A stretch of DNA of 64,000 bases. Origin: an uncultured delta proteobacterium. GTDB taxonomy: Bacteria > Desulfobacterota > Binatia > UBA9968. Shown piece after piece: positions 20,828 through 29,663 of the stretch. Position 1 is the first letter of the stretch. The number at the start of each line of letters is the position of its first letter. The position numbers and the translations under genes are program-made. Where the stretch lies: contig CAVWLW010000033.1 of assembly GCA_963755715.1 (NCBI GenBank), positions 224,001 to 288,000 on the forward strand. Reading direction: 5' to 3'. Below the pieces are notes generated by a model. It made no database searches and was not told the origin of the DNA. It saw only the letters and a list, made by a program, of their open reading frames with translations.

Positions 20828-21511
20828 ATGGAACTAATAGTTCAGCCAGAGTTCTGGGCTCGTTGGCTAGGGATTGTCGTCATCGATCTCTCACTCGCCG
20901 GTGATAATGCTTTAGTGATCGCCATGGCGGTGCTTAGCTTACCCCCTCGGCAACGAATGATTGGCTTGATCGGCGGAACTGTCGGCGCCGTGGTGCTGCG
21001 CATCGTCCTCATCGCGGTCATCACGCAGATACTTCTTATTCCGTTTCTTCAAGCGCTCGGCGGCCTGGTTCTAGTTTGGATCGCCATGAAGCTGGTGCGA
21101 CAGGACGCGAGCGACACGAAGGGGCACAAAGTACGTGAGGTCGCCACACTTTGGGAAGCGATCGGAATCATCATCGTTGCGGACCTGATCATGAGTCTCG
21201 ACAATGTCTTAGCGGTGGCCGCCACCGCGCACGGTGACCTTACACTCGTGCTTTTTGGCATCGGACTTTCCATTCCGATCGTGATTTGCGGCAGCACTCT
21301 GTTGGCGCGCCTTATGGATCGCTTCCGTTGGATCGTGTGGCTCGGTGGAGGCGTGCTTGGCTGGGTGGCGGGAGATCTCGCCATCACTGACACATTGGTC
21401 CGCGCCTCCATCGGCTCGTGGGACTCGATCCTGCATTGGGCTTTGCCTAGCCTGTTGGCTGCTACAGCGATAATGCTGGGCTGGCGGAGTGCTTATGTCG
21501 CGAGCCGATAA
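20828..21511 (+). CDS. TerC-family (YjbE-type) membrane protein
   Basis: IDLSLAGDNALVIA and ADLIMSLDNVLAVA motifs. Confidence 0.93.
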   Translation: MELIVQPEFWARWLGIVVIDLSLAGDNALVIAMAVLSLPPRQRMIGLIGGTVGAVVLRIVLIAVITQILLIPFLQALGGLVLVWIAMKLVRQDASDTKGHKVREVATLWEAIGIIIVADLIMSLDNVLAVAATAHGDLTLVLFGIGLSIPIVICGSTLLARLMDRFRWIVWLGGGVLGWVAGDLAITDTLVRASIGSWDSILHWALPSLLAATAIMLGWRSAYVASR

Positions 21512-21595
21512 CCAGGCGACCGCGGGCAGGTTCTCCTGCGCGAACTGGCTGTCTATCTCTCTTCAAAACTTCGAAAATTTTCTCCTGACCTTCTG

Positions 21596-21638
21596 TTGAC
21601 AACGTGGTCGGGGCTGGATAGAAAACTGGTCTGACCAG
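21596..21638 (+). promoter_or_regulatory. Sigma70-type promoter with FadR/GntR operator
   Basis: TTGACA (21596-21601), 17 bp, TAGAAA; perfect palindrome CTGGTCTGACCAG (21626-21638) fits the FadR-subfamily TNGTNNNACNA consensus, 16 nt before the regulator ATG. Confidence 0.75.
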
Positions 21639-21654
21639 CAGACAGCTGGACCCT

Positions 21655-22349
21655 ATGCTTAAAGTCATAAAAAAGACGCGCATCCACGAGGAAGTTTTCA
21701 GTCAGATTCACGAGCTGATCAAGCAAGGTCGACTCAAGGCCCGCGACCAACTGCCGTCGGAGCGCGAACTGGCCGAGACCTTCAAAGTCAGCAGGACTTC
21801 GGTGCGCGAGGCGCTCCGCACATTGGAAAGTCAGGGGCTCATCGTCAGCAAAACCGGCATGGGCAATTTCGTCGTCGATCTTCCGGTTGAAGCTCTGGTG
21901 GGACCGCTCGCGCGATTGCTGATCGACGAAAAAAAGGCGCTCGCGGATGTCTTCGAGCTGCGCAAGCTGATCGAACCGCATATCGCCGCCTTGGCGGCCG
22001 AGCGCGCAACGGCGACAGACGTCGCGAAACTGAAAAAGATCGTCGCCAAGCAAACCGAAGCGGTGAGTCGCGGCGAGACCGGAGTCGAAGCCGACGCTGA
22101 ATTGCATTTATGCATCAGCCGCGCCACGCAAAATCAGGCGCTGCAGAAATTGGTGTCGGGGTTGATGGAAATGTTCAGCCGCAGCCGCGAAGAGTCGTTG
22201 CAGACGGATAAGCGGCGAAAGGCATCCATCGAGACTCACCGAAGGATCATCGCCGCTATCGAAAAGCATGACCGCATCAAGGCTCGCAAAGAAATGAATT
22301 GCACATCGAGCAGGTCGAAGCGAGCGTGTTGCTGTCCAGCCGGGTATAA
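21655..22349 (+). CDS. FadR/GntR-family transcriptional regulator (frameshift near C-terminus)
   Basis: LPSERELAETFKVSRTSVREAL wHTH plus FCD domain; natural end ...HIEQVEASVLLSSRV* in another frame (TAA 22347-22349). Confidence 0.92.
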
Positions 22350-22390
22350 AAAAACCAGCGTAACGAGGTCACCAAAGAGAGGAGGGTTTG

Positions 22391-23590
22391 ATGATCAAAT
22401 GCGTAGAGGTCAACTATCGAGGTATCTTTCAAAAGAACCTGGGTAAAAAGATCGGCAGCGACATTGTCATGATCGCCAGCCGCATGGGCCAGAAAGCCTT
22501 TTCCAACGGGCGCTACAGCGATTCGCCGGAAAGAAACGGCATCCCGTGCAAGTATTTTGCTTTCGTTTCGCCGGATCTTGCCGAGGAGGAACTGGAAGCG
22601 GAATGCGGCGCCAAGCTCGAGATCGATGAAGCCAACATCTCCGTCGTCTTGGACGACACGATGTGCAAGGGTGTCGAGCCGTGGGGATGGCACGGTATCC
22701 GCCCGATCAATGAACGGGTGGTCAAGGACGGCTGCCTCCTGGTGGTGTCCAAGAAAACACCGGAAGAGCTGTTAAAATTCATCGGCAAGAAGCCGTACAA
22801 CTATCGAATCGCAATCCTCGACGGCGACGCCAGTCTCGCTGGACTTTGGGTCAACAAGGATGACATGACCCATGAGCACATCTTGGGCGGCATCGCAGCC
22901 ATCGATCCGACGCTTATCAGCATCGAGGCGGTTGAAGCTTATCTGATGGACAAGACAAAGCAGAAGCACCGTGTTGAGGCCGCGCGCGCGGCATTCGAGT
23001 CGCTCAGGCAGGAGGCTAAGCCTCCTAAAGTAACGACCGTGACACCGGAAGACGGAATCGTGTGGCTGCATGAGATACCCGTGCTGCCCAAGTGGTTCGA
23101 GATGCAAGAGGGAGCTGTAGTTCCGGCAGTGAAGCGCGGTTTCGAAATGGGACCGAGGGGACAAAACAGAAACCCCGGCTTCAAGCGCGGCACGACCAAG
23201 ACGCAGAGACCCGCGGTCAGGTTCGATCTCTGCACCAAGTGCACGCTCTGCTGGGTCGAGTGTCCGGACGAGTGTTTCGATCCGACCACGGATGGCTTTT
23301 ACGACATCGACTATCAGTATTGCGTCGGTTGCGGGAAATGCGCTCAAGTATGTCCGGTTAAAGAATGCATCGTCATGGTGGATGAACTCCAATTCAAGGA
23401 CGACTCGAGTCCGTGGGAACACTGGAAAAGGGATTCCAACGACTACATTCAGTGGGTAGAGGACAAAAAGGGCAAAGACCGGGTTTCTTACCCCTTCGTC
23501 ACCGGCAAGGGCATGACCGTTACTCAGGGAGATGTGATGCCCGAGGGCAAGATAGTGCCCGTGAGAAAAACCGAGGAGGTCGAAGTATGA
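22391..23590 (+). CDS. oorD: 2-oxoacid:ferredoxin oxidoreductase gamma/delta fusion subunit, oxalate oxidoreductase delta-like
   Basis: Gamma domain (YSDSPER) plus two CxxCxxCxxxCP [4Fe-4S] motifs and DELQFKD; delta-alpha-beta gene order. Confidence 0.75.
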   Translation: MIKCVEVNYRGIFQKNLGKKIGSDIVMIASRMGQKAFSNGRYSDSPERNGIPCKYFAFVSPDLAEEELEAECGAKLEIDEANISVVLDDTMCKGVEPWGWHGIRPINERVVKDGCLLVVSKKTPEELLKFIGKKPYNYRIAILDGDASLAGLWVNKDDMTHEHILGGIAAIDPTLISIEAVEAYLMDKTKQKHRVEAARAAFESLRQEAKPPKVTTVTPEDGIVWLHEIPVLPKWFEMQEGAVVPAVKRGFEMGPRGQNRNPGFKRGTTKTQRPAVRFDLCTKCTLCWVECPDECFDPTTDGFYDIDYQYCVGCGKCAQVCPVKECIVMVDELQFKDDSSPWEHWKRDSNDYIQWVEDKKGKDRVSYPFVTGKGMTVTQGDVMPEGKIVPVRKTEEVEV

Positions 23591-24830
23591 GTGTCGCACT
23601 CGCAACAGCCAAATCAGATCAATCAGGGGTCTACGAGCGGGAAGACCTTTTAAACGGCTGCCAGGCGGTCGCGCAGGGCGTGTGTCTCGCCGACGTGGAT
23701 GTGATCGCCGCTTATCCGATCCGTCCCTACACCGAAGTGATGGACGCCCTCTCGAAGCTGATCGCCGACGGGAAATTCGACGCCGAGTACATCATCGCCG
23801 ACAGCGAGCATTCCCAATTCGAGATCGTCAAGCACGCCAGCTCGGTGAACGCGCGCGCCTTCGGCGGTTCGAGCGGCACGGGCTGGATGTACGGTATGGA
23901 AGCGCTGGTCGTTACCGCGACCGACCGTCTTCCGCCTCTTTTCGTGGTCGGCAACCGCGCTTTGGATGATCCCGGCGCTTTCGGCGTCGAGCACAACGAC
24001 GCGATGTCGGTCCGCGACATGGGCTGGCTTCTCTGCTGGGTCACGACGCCGCAGGAGGCGCTCGAACACGTGCTGATCGGCTACCGCATCGCCGAGGACA
24101 AGACAGTCAGGATGCCGATGGGATTGGCGATGGACGGCGCCTTTCTCACCCACTCGCAACACATGGTCAAAATCCCATCGGTGGAGGCGGCGAAGAAATT
24201 CCTGCCGCAGTACGATCTCGCCGAGCGGCGGCTCCATCCCGACAACCCGATCTCGGTCGCGCCGCAAGCCAACGAGGATTGGGTTATGGAGATTCGCAGG
24301 CAAAATTGGGAAGCCGCCAAGCGGGCGCGCGGTGTCATCAAGGATGCTTATAAGGAATTCAACGATATTTTCGGCGATCGCTACGCCGCGCCTTACTATT
24401 TCGACGAGTTCATGACCGACGACGCGGAAGCGGTCCTGATCGGCGTTGGTACGGTGGCAGCTCCAGCGCGCACGGCGGTCAGGCGCTTGCGTGAGAAGGG
24501 ACAGAAGGTCGGCTACGTGGAATCTGCGCTGGTTCCGGCCCTTCCCGACGGTGGAGCTGCGCGAGTCCCTGAGCCGCTTTAAAGCGGTCGGTGTCGTCGA
24601 CAGGGACTTCGCTCACGGCTCGCCCGACAATTGCGGCATCTTGATGCACGAAGTCCGATCCTGCCTCTATCCGGCGAAGAACCGGCCGGCGATCGTTAAT
24701 TTCATGGGTGGTTTGGGCGGGCGCGATCTGTCGATCGCCGACTGCTCAGAAGATGTTCGAAATCACCCAACAGGCGGCGAAGAAAGATTCCCTGGATGAA
24801 TACGTAACCTGGATCGGCCTAAGAGAGTAA
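23587..24830 (+). CDS. oorA: 2-oxoacid:ferredoxin oxidoreductase alpha subunit, oxalate oxidoreductase-like (frameshifts in 3' part)
   Basis: LADVDVIAAYPIRPYT, SEHS, GSSG, NRALDDPGAFG, FRPFP, GGLGG; ATGA overlap with delta; ends ...WIGLRE*. Confidence 0.78.
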
Positions 24831-24844
24831 ATAGGAGAAACATT

Positions 24845-25840
24845 ATGTCGACCGTACCGACAATCGATTACGAGAAAGTCAAAGGCGTTCACAAAATTCC
24901 GCTGGAAGAGCTCTATACTTCCGGCCATCGGACCTGCCAGGGCTGCGAGTCGGCGACGACCATGCGCGGCTTCATCAAGGTTGCGGGTTCGCGCTCGGTG
25001 GTCACAGGAGCAACCGGTTGCATGTACGTGGCCAACACTTCGTACATGACCACGCCGTGGATCGTGCCGTGGATGCACACGCAGCTCGGCGCCGGCGGCT
25101 CTTCGGCCGTGGGCATGGCGGCGGGCCTGCGAGCGCTCAAGCGCAAGGGCAAGATCAAAGACGAGAAGATCAACGTCATCAATTTCTCCGGCGATCTCGG
25201 CGCCGGCGATATGGGCATCGGCGGCATCTCCGCCGCGTTGCAGAGCGATTACGACTTGCTGATTATCATGTACGACAACGAATCGGCCGCCAATACCGAT
25301 ATCCAAGCAACAGGCTCGACGACTTACGGCGCGCAGACGACCTTCACGCCTCCGGGAACCAAGCATCCGATCATGCAGAGGCGCTGGAAGAAGAACGTCG
25401 CCGGCATGCTTGCCGTCGGCCATCCGACCTGCCGTTACGTTGCCACTGCCTGCGCTACCTTTCCGCCGACGGATTATCTGAACAAGGTCCAAAAGGCGCT
25501 CGCCATCGGCGGCCCGACCTTCATCCACACCTACGATCCCTGTCCAAAGGGTTGGGACTATCATCCGCGCTACTCCAACGAGCTTGGCGAGTTGGGAATC
25601 AAATGCGGCATCTATCCGCTGTATGAAATCGTCGACGGCAACGTCATTTACACCTGGGACGCGCGCAAGACGGGCAAGGGACGCATTCCGGTCAAGGAGT
25701 TTATCTCCAAGCAGGGGCGCTTCGATCATCTCAAAGAAGAACACTACGCGCATATTCAAAACATGGTCGATCAAATGTGGGAAGAGTGGCAGATTCCCGG
25801 TGTCGCGCCATTGCGAGGGATTCTGAAGGCTAGGATTTAG
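24845..25840 (+). CDS. oorB: 2-oxoacid:ferredoxin oxidoreductase beta (ThDP-binding) subunit, oxalate oxidoreductase-like
   Basis: GHRTCQGC, TGCMYVANTSY.TTPW, GD...YDNES.ANT, TTFTPPG, PCPKGW. Confidence 0.78.
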   Translation: MSTVPTIDYEKVKGVHKIPLEELYTSGHRTCQGCESATTMRGFIKVAGSRSVVTGATGCMYVANTSYMTTPWIVPWMHTQLGAGGSSAVGMAAGLRALKRKGKIKDEKINVINFSGDLGAGDMGIGGISAALQSDYDLLIIMYDNESAANTDIQATGSTTYGAQTTFTPPGTKHPIMQRRWKKNVAGMLAVGHPTCRYVATACATFPPTDYLNKVQKALAIGGPTFIHTYDPCPKGWDYHPRYSNELGELGIKCGIYPLYEIVDGNVIYTWDARKTGKGRIPVKEFISKQGRFDHLKEEHYAHIQNMVDQMWEEWQIPGVAPLRGILKARI

Positions 25841-25888
25841 GGAAACTGCGGCAATAAGCTTTCCGCTTCGGTTCTGCCCAATTAACTC

Positions 25889-25928
25889 CCGCTGACATGC
25901 ACGGACGAAAGGCCGCGCATGTCAGCGG
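25889..25928. terminator. Strong hairpin after the oxidoreductase operon (terminator or stabiliser)
   Basis: 12-bp perfect stem CCGCTGACATGC/GCATGTCAGCGG; no clear U tract. Confidence 0.5.
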
Positions 25929-26332
25929 TGAGAAGATTTTATCAAGCCAAACATCGCCGATCGCCACGTGCGACGCTCGTCGATAGACCGCCACTCAGTG
26001 GACGGGTGTAAAGCTTGAGCACGACCGCTAGATTCTGTATCCTAAGGAGGAAGCTTGAGAGACTGCAAGCATCGGCGAGTAAACGAACAGGTAGACCAAG
26101 CGTTCCAGACCTAAGTCTGACAGTTCATCCGCGCGATATTTGTCTCAGCTTTACAAAAAGATTTTTCACGCGCTGAGTTAGACCGTTGAATAACGAACGG
26201 GCCGGCAAAGCGATGCTTAATGTGCTTGCCGCGGTCGATCGCGCTGAATAGGTCTGTTGGCCAGTCGACGCTGGATTGGCTTGCAACGGTCGAACTTAAT
26301 TTTTTCAGGCAACGAGTCGAAGGGAGGCAATC

Positions 26333-28045
26333 ATGGCAACGACCGGCGAAACTAAAAAAGAAGCTAGCGGCCCAGTGATCTCCGGCGGGCATCTGGTCGC
26401 CAAAGCGTTAAAGAATGAAGGCGTCGAAGTGATCTGGACGCTTTGCGGCGGCCATATCATCGACATCTACGACGGCTGCATCGACGAAGGCATCAAGATC
26501 ATCGACGTGCGCCATGAGCAGGTCGCGGCCCACGCCGCCGACGGCTACTCACGCCAGAGCGGGAAGATCGGTTGTGTCGTAACGACCGCCGGACCGGGCA
26601 CGACTAACGCGATGACGGGCATCGCCAATGCCTTTCGCGCCGAGAGTCCGCTCTTGATGATCGGCGGGCAGGGCGCGCTCTCGCAGCACAAGATGGGCTC
26701 CCTGCAAGATCTGCCGCACGTCGATATCATGTCGCCGATAACGAAATTCGCCGCCACCGTGCCGCATACAGAACGCATCGCCGACATGGTGTCGATGGCT
26801 TTTCGCGAGTCGGTGAACGGGGCGCCGGGGCCGAGCTATCTCGAAATCCCGCGTGACGTGCTCGACGCTAAAGTGCCGCTCGAACGGGCGCGTATCCCCA
26901 AGCCTGGTGCCTATCGCGCCTCGACTAAATCTGTCGGCGATCCGGCCGACATTGAAAAACTTGCAGACATTCTGGCCAAATCCGAACGGCCGGCAGCATT
27001 GTTCGGTACCCAGGTCTGGACCTGTCGCGGCCACGATGCGGCGGTGGAATTTTGCCGCGCTCTCAATGTTCCCGGTTACATGAACGGCTCAGGACGCGGC
27101 ATCTTCGCGCCCGGCGATCCGCATGGTTTCAATCGCACGCGTAGTTTGGCGTTCGACAAAGCCGACGTGATCCTGATCGTCGGCTGTCCGTTCGATTTTC
27201 GTCTCGGTTATGGGAGGCGTTTGCGCGCCGATGCGACCGTCGTGCAGATCGATCTCGATTATCGCAACGTCGGCAAGAACCGCGACGTTTCGCTCGGCAT
27301 GGTCGGCGATTGCGGCGCGATTCTCAAGGCCGTAGAGCAGGCCGCGTCCGGCCGCGCCTCGAAAGGCAACGCGCAGCGCGCCGAGTGGATGAAAGAGCTC
27401 CGCGCCGCGGAGGCCAAGGCGTACGAAAAACTCTTGCCGTCGTTCAAATCGGAGTCCGTGCCGATCAATCCTTATCGGGTCGCTTACGAGATCAACGAAT
27501 TTCTGACCGACAACACGGTTTACATCGGCGACGGCGGCGATGTGGTCACGATCACCGCGACGGCCGTGGAGCCGCGCAAAGCCGGCAACTGGATGGATCC
27601 GGGTCCGCTCGGCACGCTCGGTGTCGGCACTTCGTTCGCGATGGCGACCAAGTTCGTTCATCCGAAAAAAGAAGTGCTGTGCTACTACGGCGACGGCTCG
27701 TTCGGCATGACGGCGTGGGACATGGAAACCGCGCAGCGCTTCAAATTGCCCTACATGGCCGTGATCGGCAACAACTCAGCGATGAATCAGATCCGCTGCG
27801 GCCAGATCGGTAAGTATGGTCCCGAGCGCGGCGGCGTGGGCAATAAGCTTGGCGACGTGGATTTCGAGAAATTCGCCGACTGTTTCGGTGGCTGGGGCAT
27901 CGCGGTGCGCGAGCCGAGCCAGATTCGTCCCGCGTTGGAAAAAGCGCGCGAACGGGTCGCCGGCGGTCAGTGTGCCATCGTCAACATCTGGGTCGACATC
28001 AATGAATACGCGCCAGGCACCAAGGCGCAGACGATGTACAAATGA
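26333..28045 (+). CDS. ThDP-dependent enzyme, oxalyl-CoA decarboxylase/2-hydroxyacyl-CoA lyase-like
   Basis: LCGGHI, RHEQ.AAHAADGY, TAGPG, PGPLGTLGVG, GDGSFG...NNS motifs; directly upstream of frc. Confidence 0.85.
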   Translation: MATTGETKKEASGPVISGGHLVAKALKNEGVEVIWTLCGGHIIDIYDGCIDEGIKIIDVRHEQVAAHAADGYSRQSGKIGCVVTTAGPGTTNAMTGIANAFRAESPLLMIGGQGALSQHKMGSLQDLPHVDIMSPITKFAATVPHTERIADMVSMAFRESVNGAPGPSYLEIPRDVLDAKVPLERARIPKPGAYRASTKSVGDPADIEKLADILAKSERPAALFGTQVWTCRGHDAAVEFCRALNVPGYMNGSGRGIFAPGDPHGFNRTRSLAFDKADVILIVGCPFDFRLGYGRRLRADATVVQIDLDYRNVGKNRDVSLGMVGDCGAILKAVEQAASGRASKGNAQRAEWMKELRAAEAKAYEKLLPSFKSESVPINPYRVAYEINEFLTDNTVYIGDGGDVVTITATAVEPRKAGNWMDPGPLGTLGVGTSFAMATKFVHPKKEVLCYYGDGSFGMTAWDMETAQRFKLPYMAVIGNNSAMNQIRCGQIGKYGPERGGVGNKLGDVDFEKFADCFGGWGIAVREPSQIRPALEKARERVAGGQCAIVNIWVDINEYAPGTKAQTMYK

Positions 28046-28090
28046 CAGCTGCCTAGAGCAAAACCGGACGCGAAGACGCAAGCATGGCAT

Positions 28091-28172
28091 TCACCACGAA
28101 GGACACGAAGAGCACGAAGTTCGGAATATCAATAGTACGAACCCTTCGTGTCCTTCGTGATCTTCGTGGTGA
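28091..28172. repeat. Inverted repeat element built from CACGAAG 9-mer units
   Basis: TCACCACGAAGGACACGAAGAGCACGAAG ... CTTCGTGTCCTTCGTGATCTTCGTGGTGA. Confidence 0.85.
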
Positions 28173-28203
28173 GATTGAATTTTCTTAAGGAGAAAATAAG
28201 TCG

Positions 28204-29444
28204 ATGGCAAAAGCGCTTGATGGAGTTCGCATACTCGATATGACCCACGTGCAGTCCGGGCCGACTTGCACGCAAATGTTGGCGTGGTTCGGCGCCGACG
28301 TGATCAAAGTCGAACTGCCCGGCCGCGGCGACATCACGCGCGGCCAACTGCGCGACAAGCCGAATGTCGACAGCCTCTATTTCACCATGCTCAATTGCAA
28401 CAAGCGGAGCATCACGATCAATACCAAAACGAAAAGGGCAAAGAAATTTTTCGCGAACTGATCAAGGTGTTGTGACGTGATCGTGGAGAACTTCGCGCCC
28501 GGAGCGCTGGACCGGCAAGGGTTCACTTGGGAAGCGATTCACGGGCTCAATCCGCGGATCATTTACGCGTCGGTGAAGGGCTTCGGACCCGGTCCTTACG
28601 AAGATTGCAAAGTTTACGAGAACGTCGCCCAGTGCACCGGCGGTGCGGCGAGCACGACCGGATTCGACGACGGCCCGCCGCTGGTGACCGGCGCGCAGAT
28701 CGGCGACTCCGGCACCGGGATGCATTTCGTCGCCGGAATTTTGCGGCGCTTTTTCAACGTGAAAAAGGCTGGAAGGGGACAGCGCGTCACTTGCGCGATG
28801 CAGGATACGGTGCTCAATCTCTGCCGTGTCAAGCTGCGTGATCAACAACGACTCGCCGCCGGACCGCTGGAGGAATATCCGCAATATCCCAATGGCGTCT
28901 TCGGCGACGCCGTGCCGCGCGCGGGCAATGCATCGGGCGGCGGCCAGCCGGGCTGGGCGGTGCGCACCAAAGGCGGCGGACCGAACGATTATATTTACGT
29001 CATCATTCAGCCGCCGGGTTGGGAGCCGTTGATGAAGCTCTGCGGCCGGCCCGAGCTGATCACCGATCCTGAATGGGCGACGCCGGAAAAGCGTTTGCCG
29101 AAGCTCGGTCAATGTTTCGAGATCATCGAGCAGTGGACGATGACCCTCGATAAGTTGGAGGTCATGCGCAAGCTCAACGAGATTCGACGTGCCGTGCGGG
29201 CCGATCCTCGACATGCGCGAGATCGCGGAAGAGCGAGCGCTGCGCGAAACCGGCACGGTCGTCGAAGTGGATCATCCGAAGCGGGGAAAATTTCTGACGG
29301 TCGGTAATCCGATCAAGCTGTCGGATTCGCCGACGGATGTTAAACGTCGCCGTTCCTGGGCGAGCACACGGACGAGATCTTGCGATCCATCGTCGGCTGG
29401 AGCGATCAGAGATGACGACGGCGCGAAAAGAGGGCGCGATCTAA
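28204..29444 (+). CDS. frc: Formyl-CoA:oxalate CoA-transferase (class III), frameshifted
   Basis: [36 protein letters not shown], catalytic [10 protein letters not shown], glycine loop [10 protein letters not shown] across ORFs 28204, 28477 and 29189. Confidence 0.92.
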
Positions 29445-29525
29445 ATCCTGCAACCCTGAGGCGACAAAACTGATTCACCACAAATTTGTACGGTTCGATT
29501 TTGGTTTAGATCGAACTGCGTTCAA

Positions 29526-29604
29526 GAAAGATTTCTCGCTTCCCGCTCGAAATGACATTCGCTATTGCACGACTGTCATCTCGAACGAATGTGAGAGATC
29601 TTTC
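29526..29604. repeat. REP-like inverted doublet
   Basis: GAAAGATTTCTC...TCGAAATGACA and TGTCATCTCGA...GAGAGATCTTTC in inverted orientation. Confidence 0.75.
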
Positions 29605-29663
29605 TAAATCCAACAGCGCGCGCTTCATAAGCGCCCAACCTAACCGAATTTTCGGAGGTGTCG

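Noticed and set aside
25950-26080. 6S RNA or riboswitch
   Set aside because: No recognisable conserved motifs; kept only as a low-confidence structured spacer.
28091-28172. CRISPR-like periodicity (also at 60661 and 62021)
   Set aside because: Units are ~9 bp, partly inverted, with no unique spacers and no cas genes.
28430-28470. Programmed frameshifting in frc and other genes
   Set aside because: Multiple breaks per gene across unrelated families fit sequencing error better.
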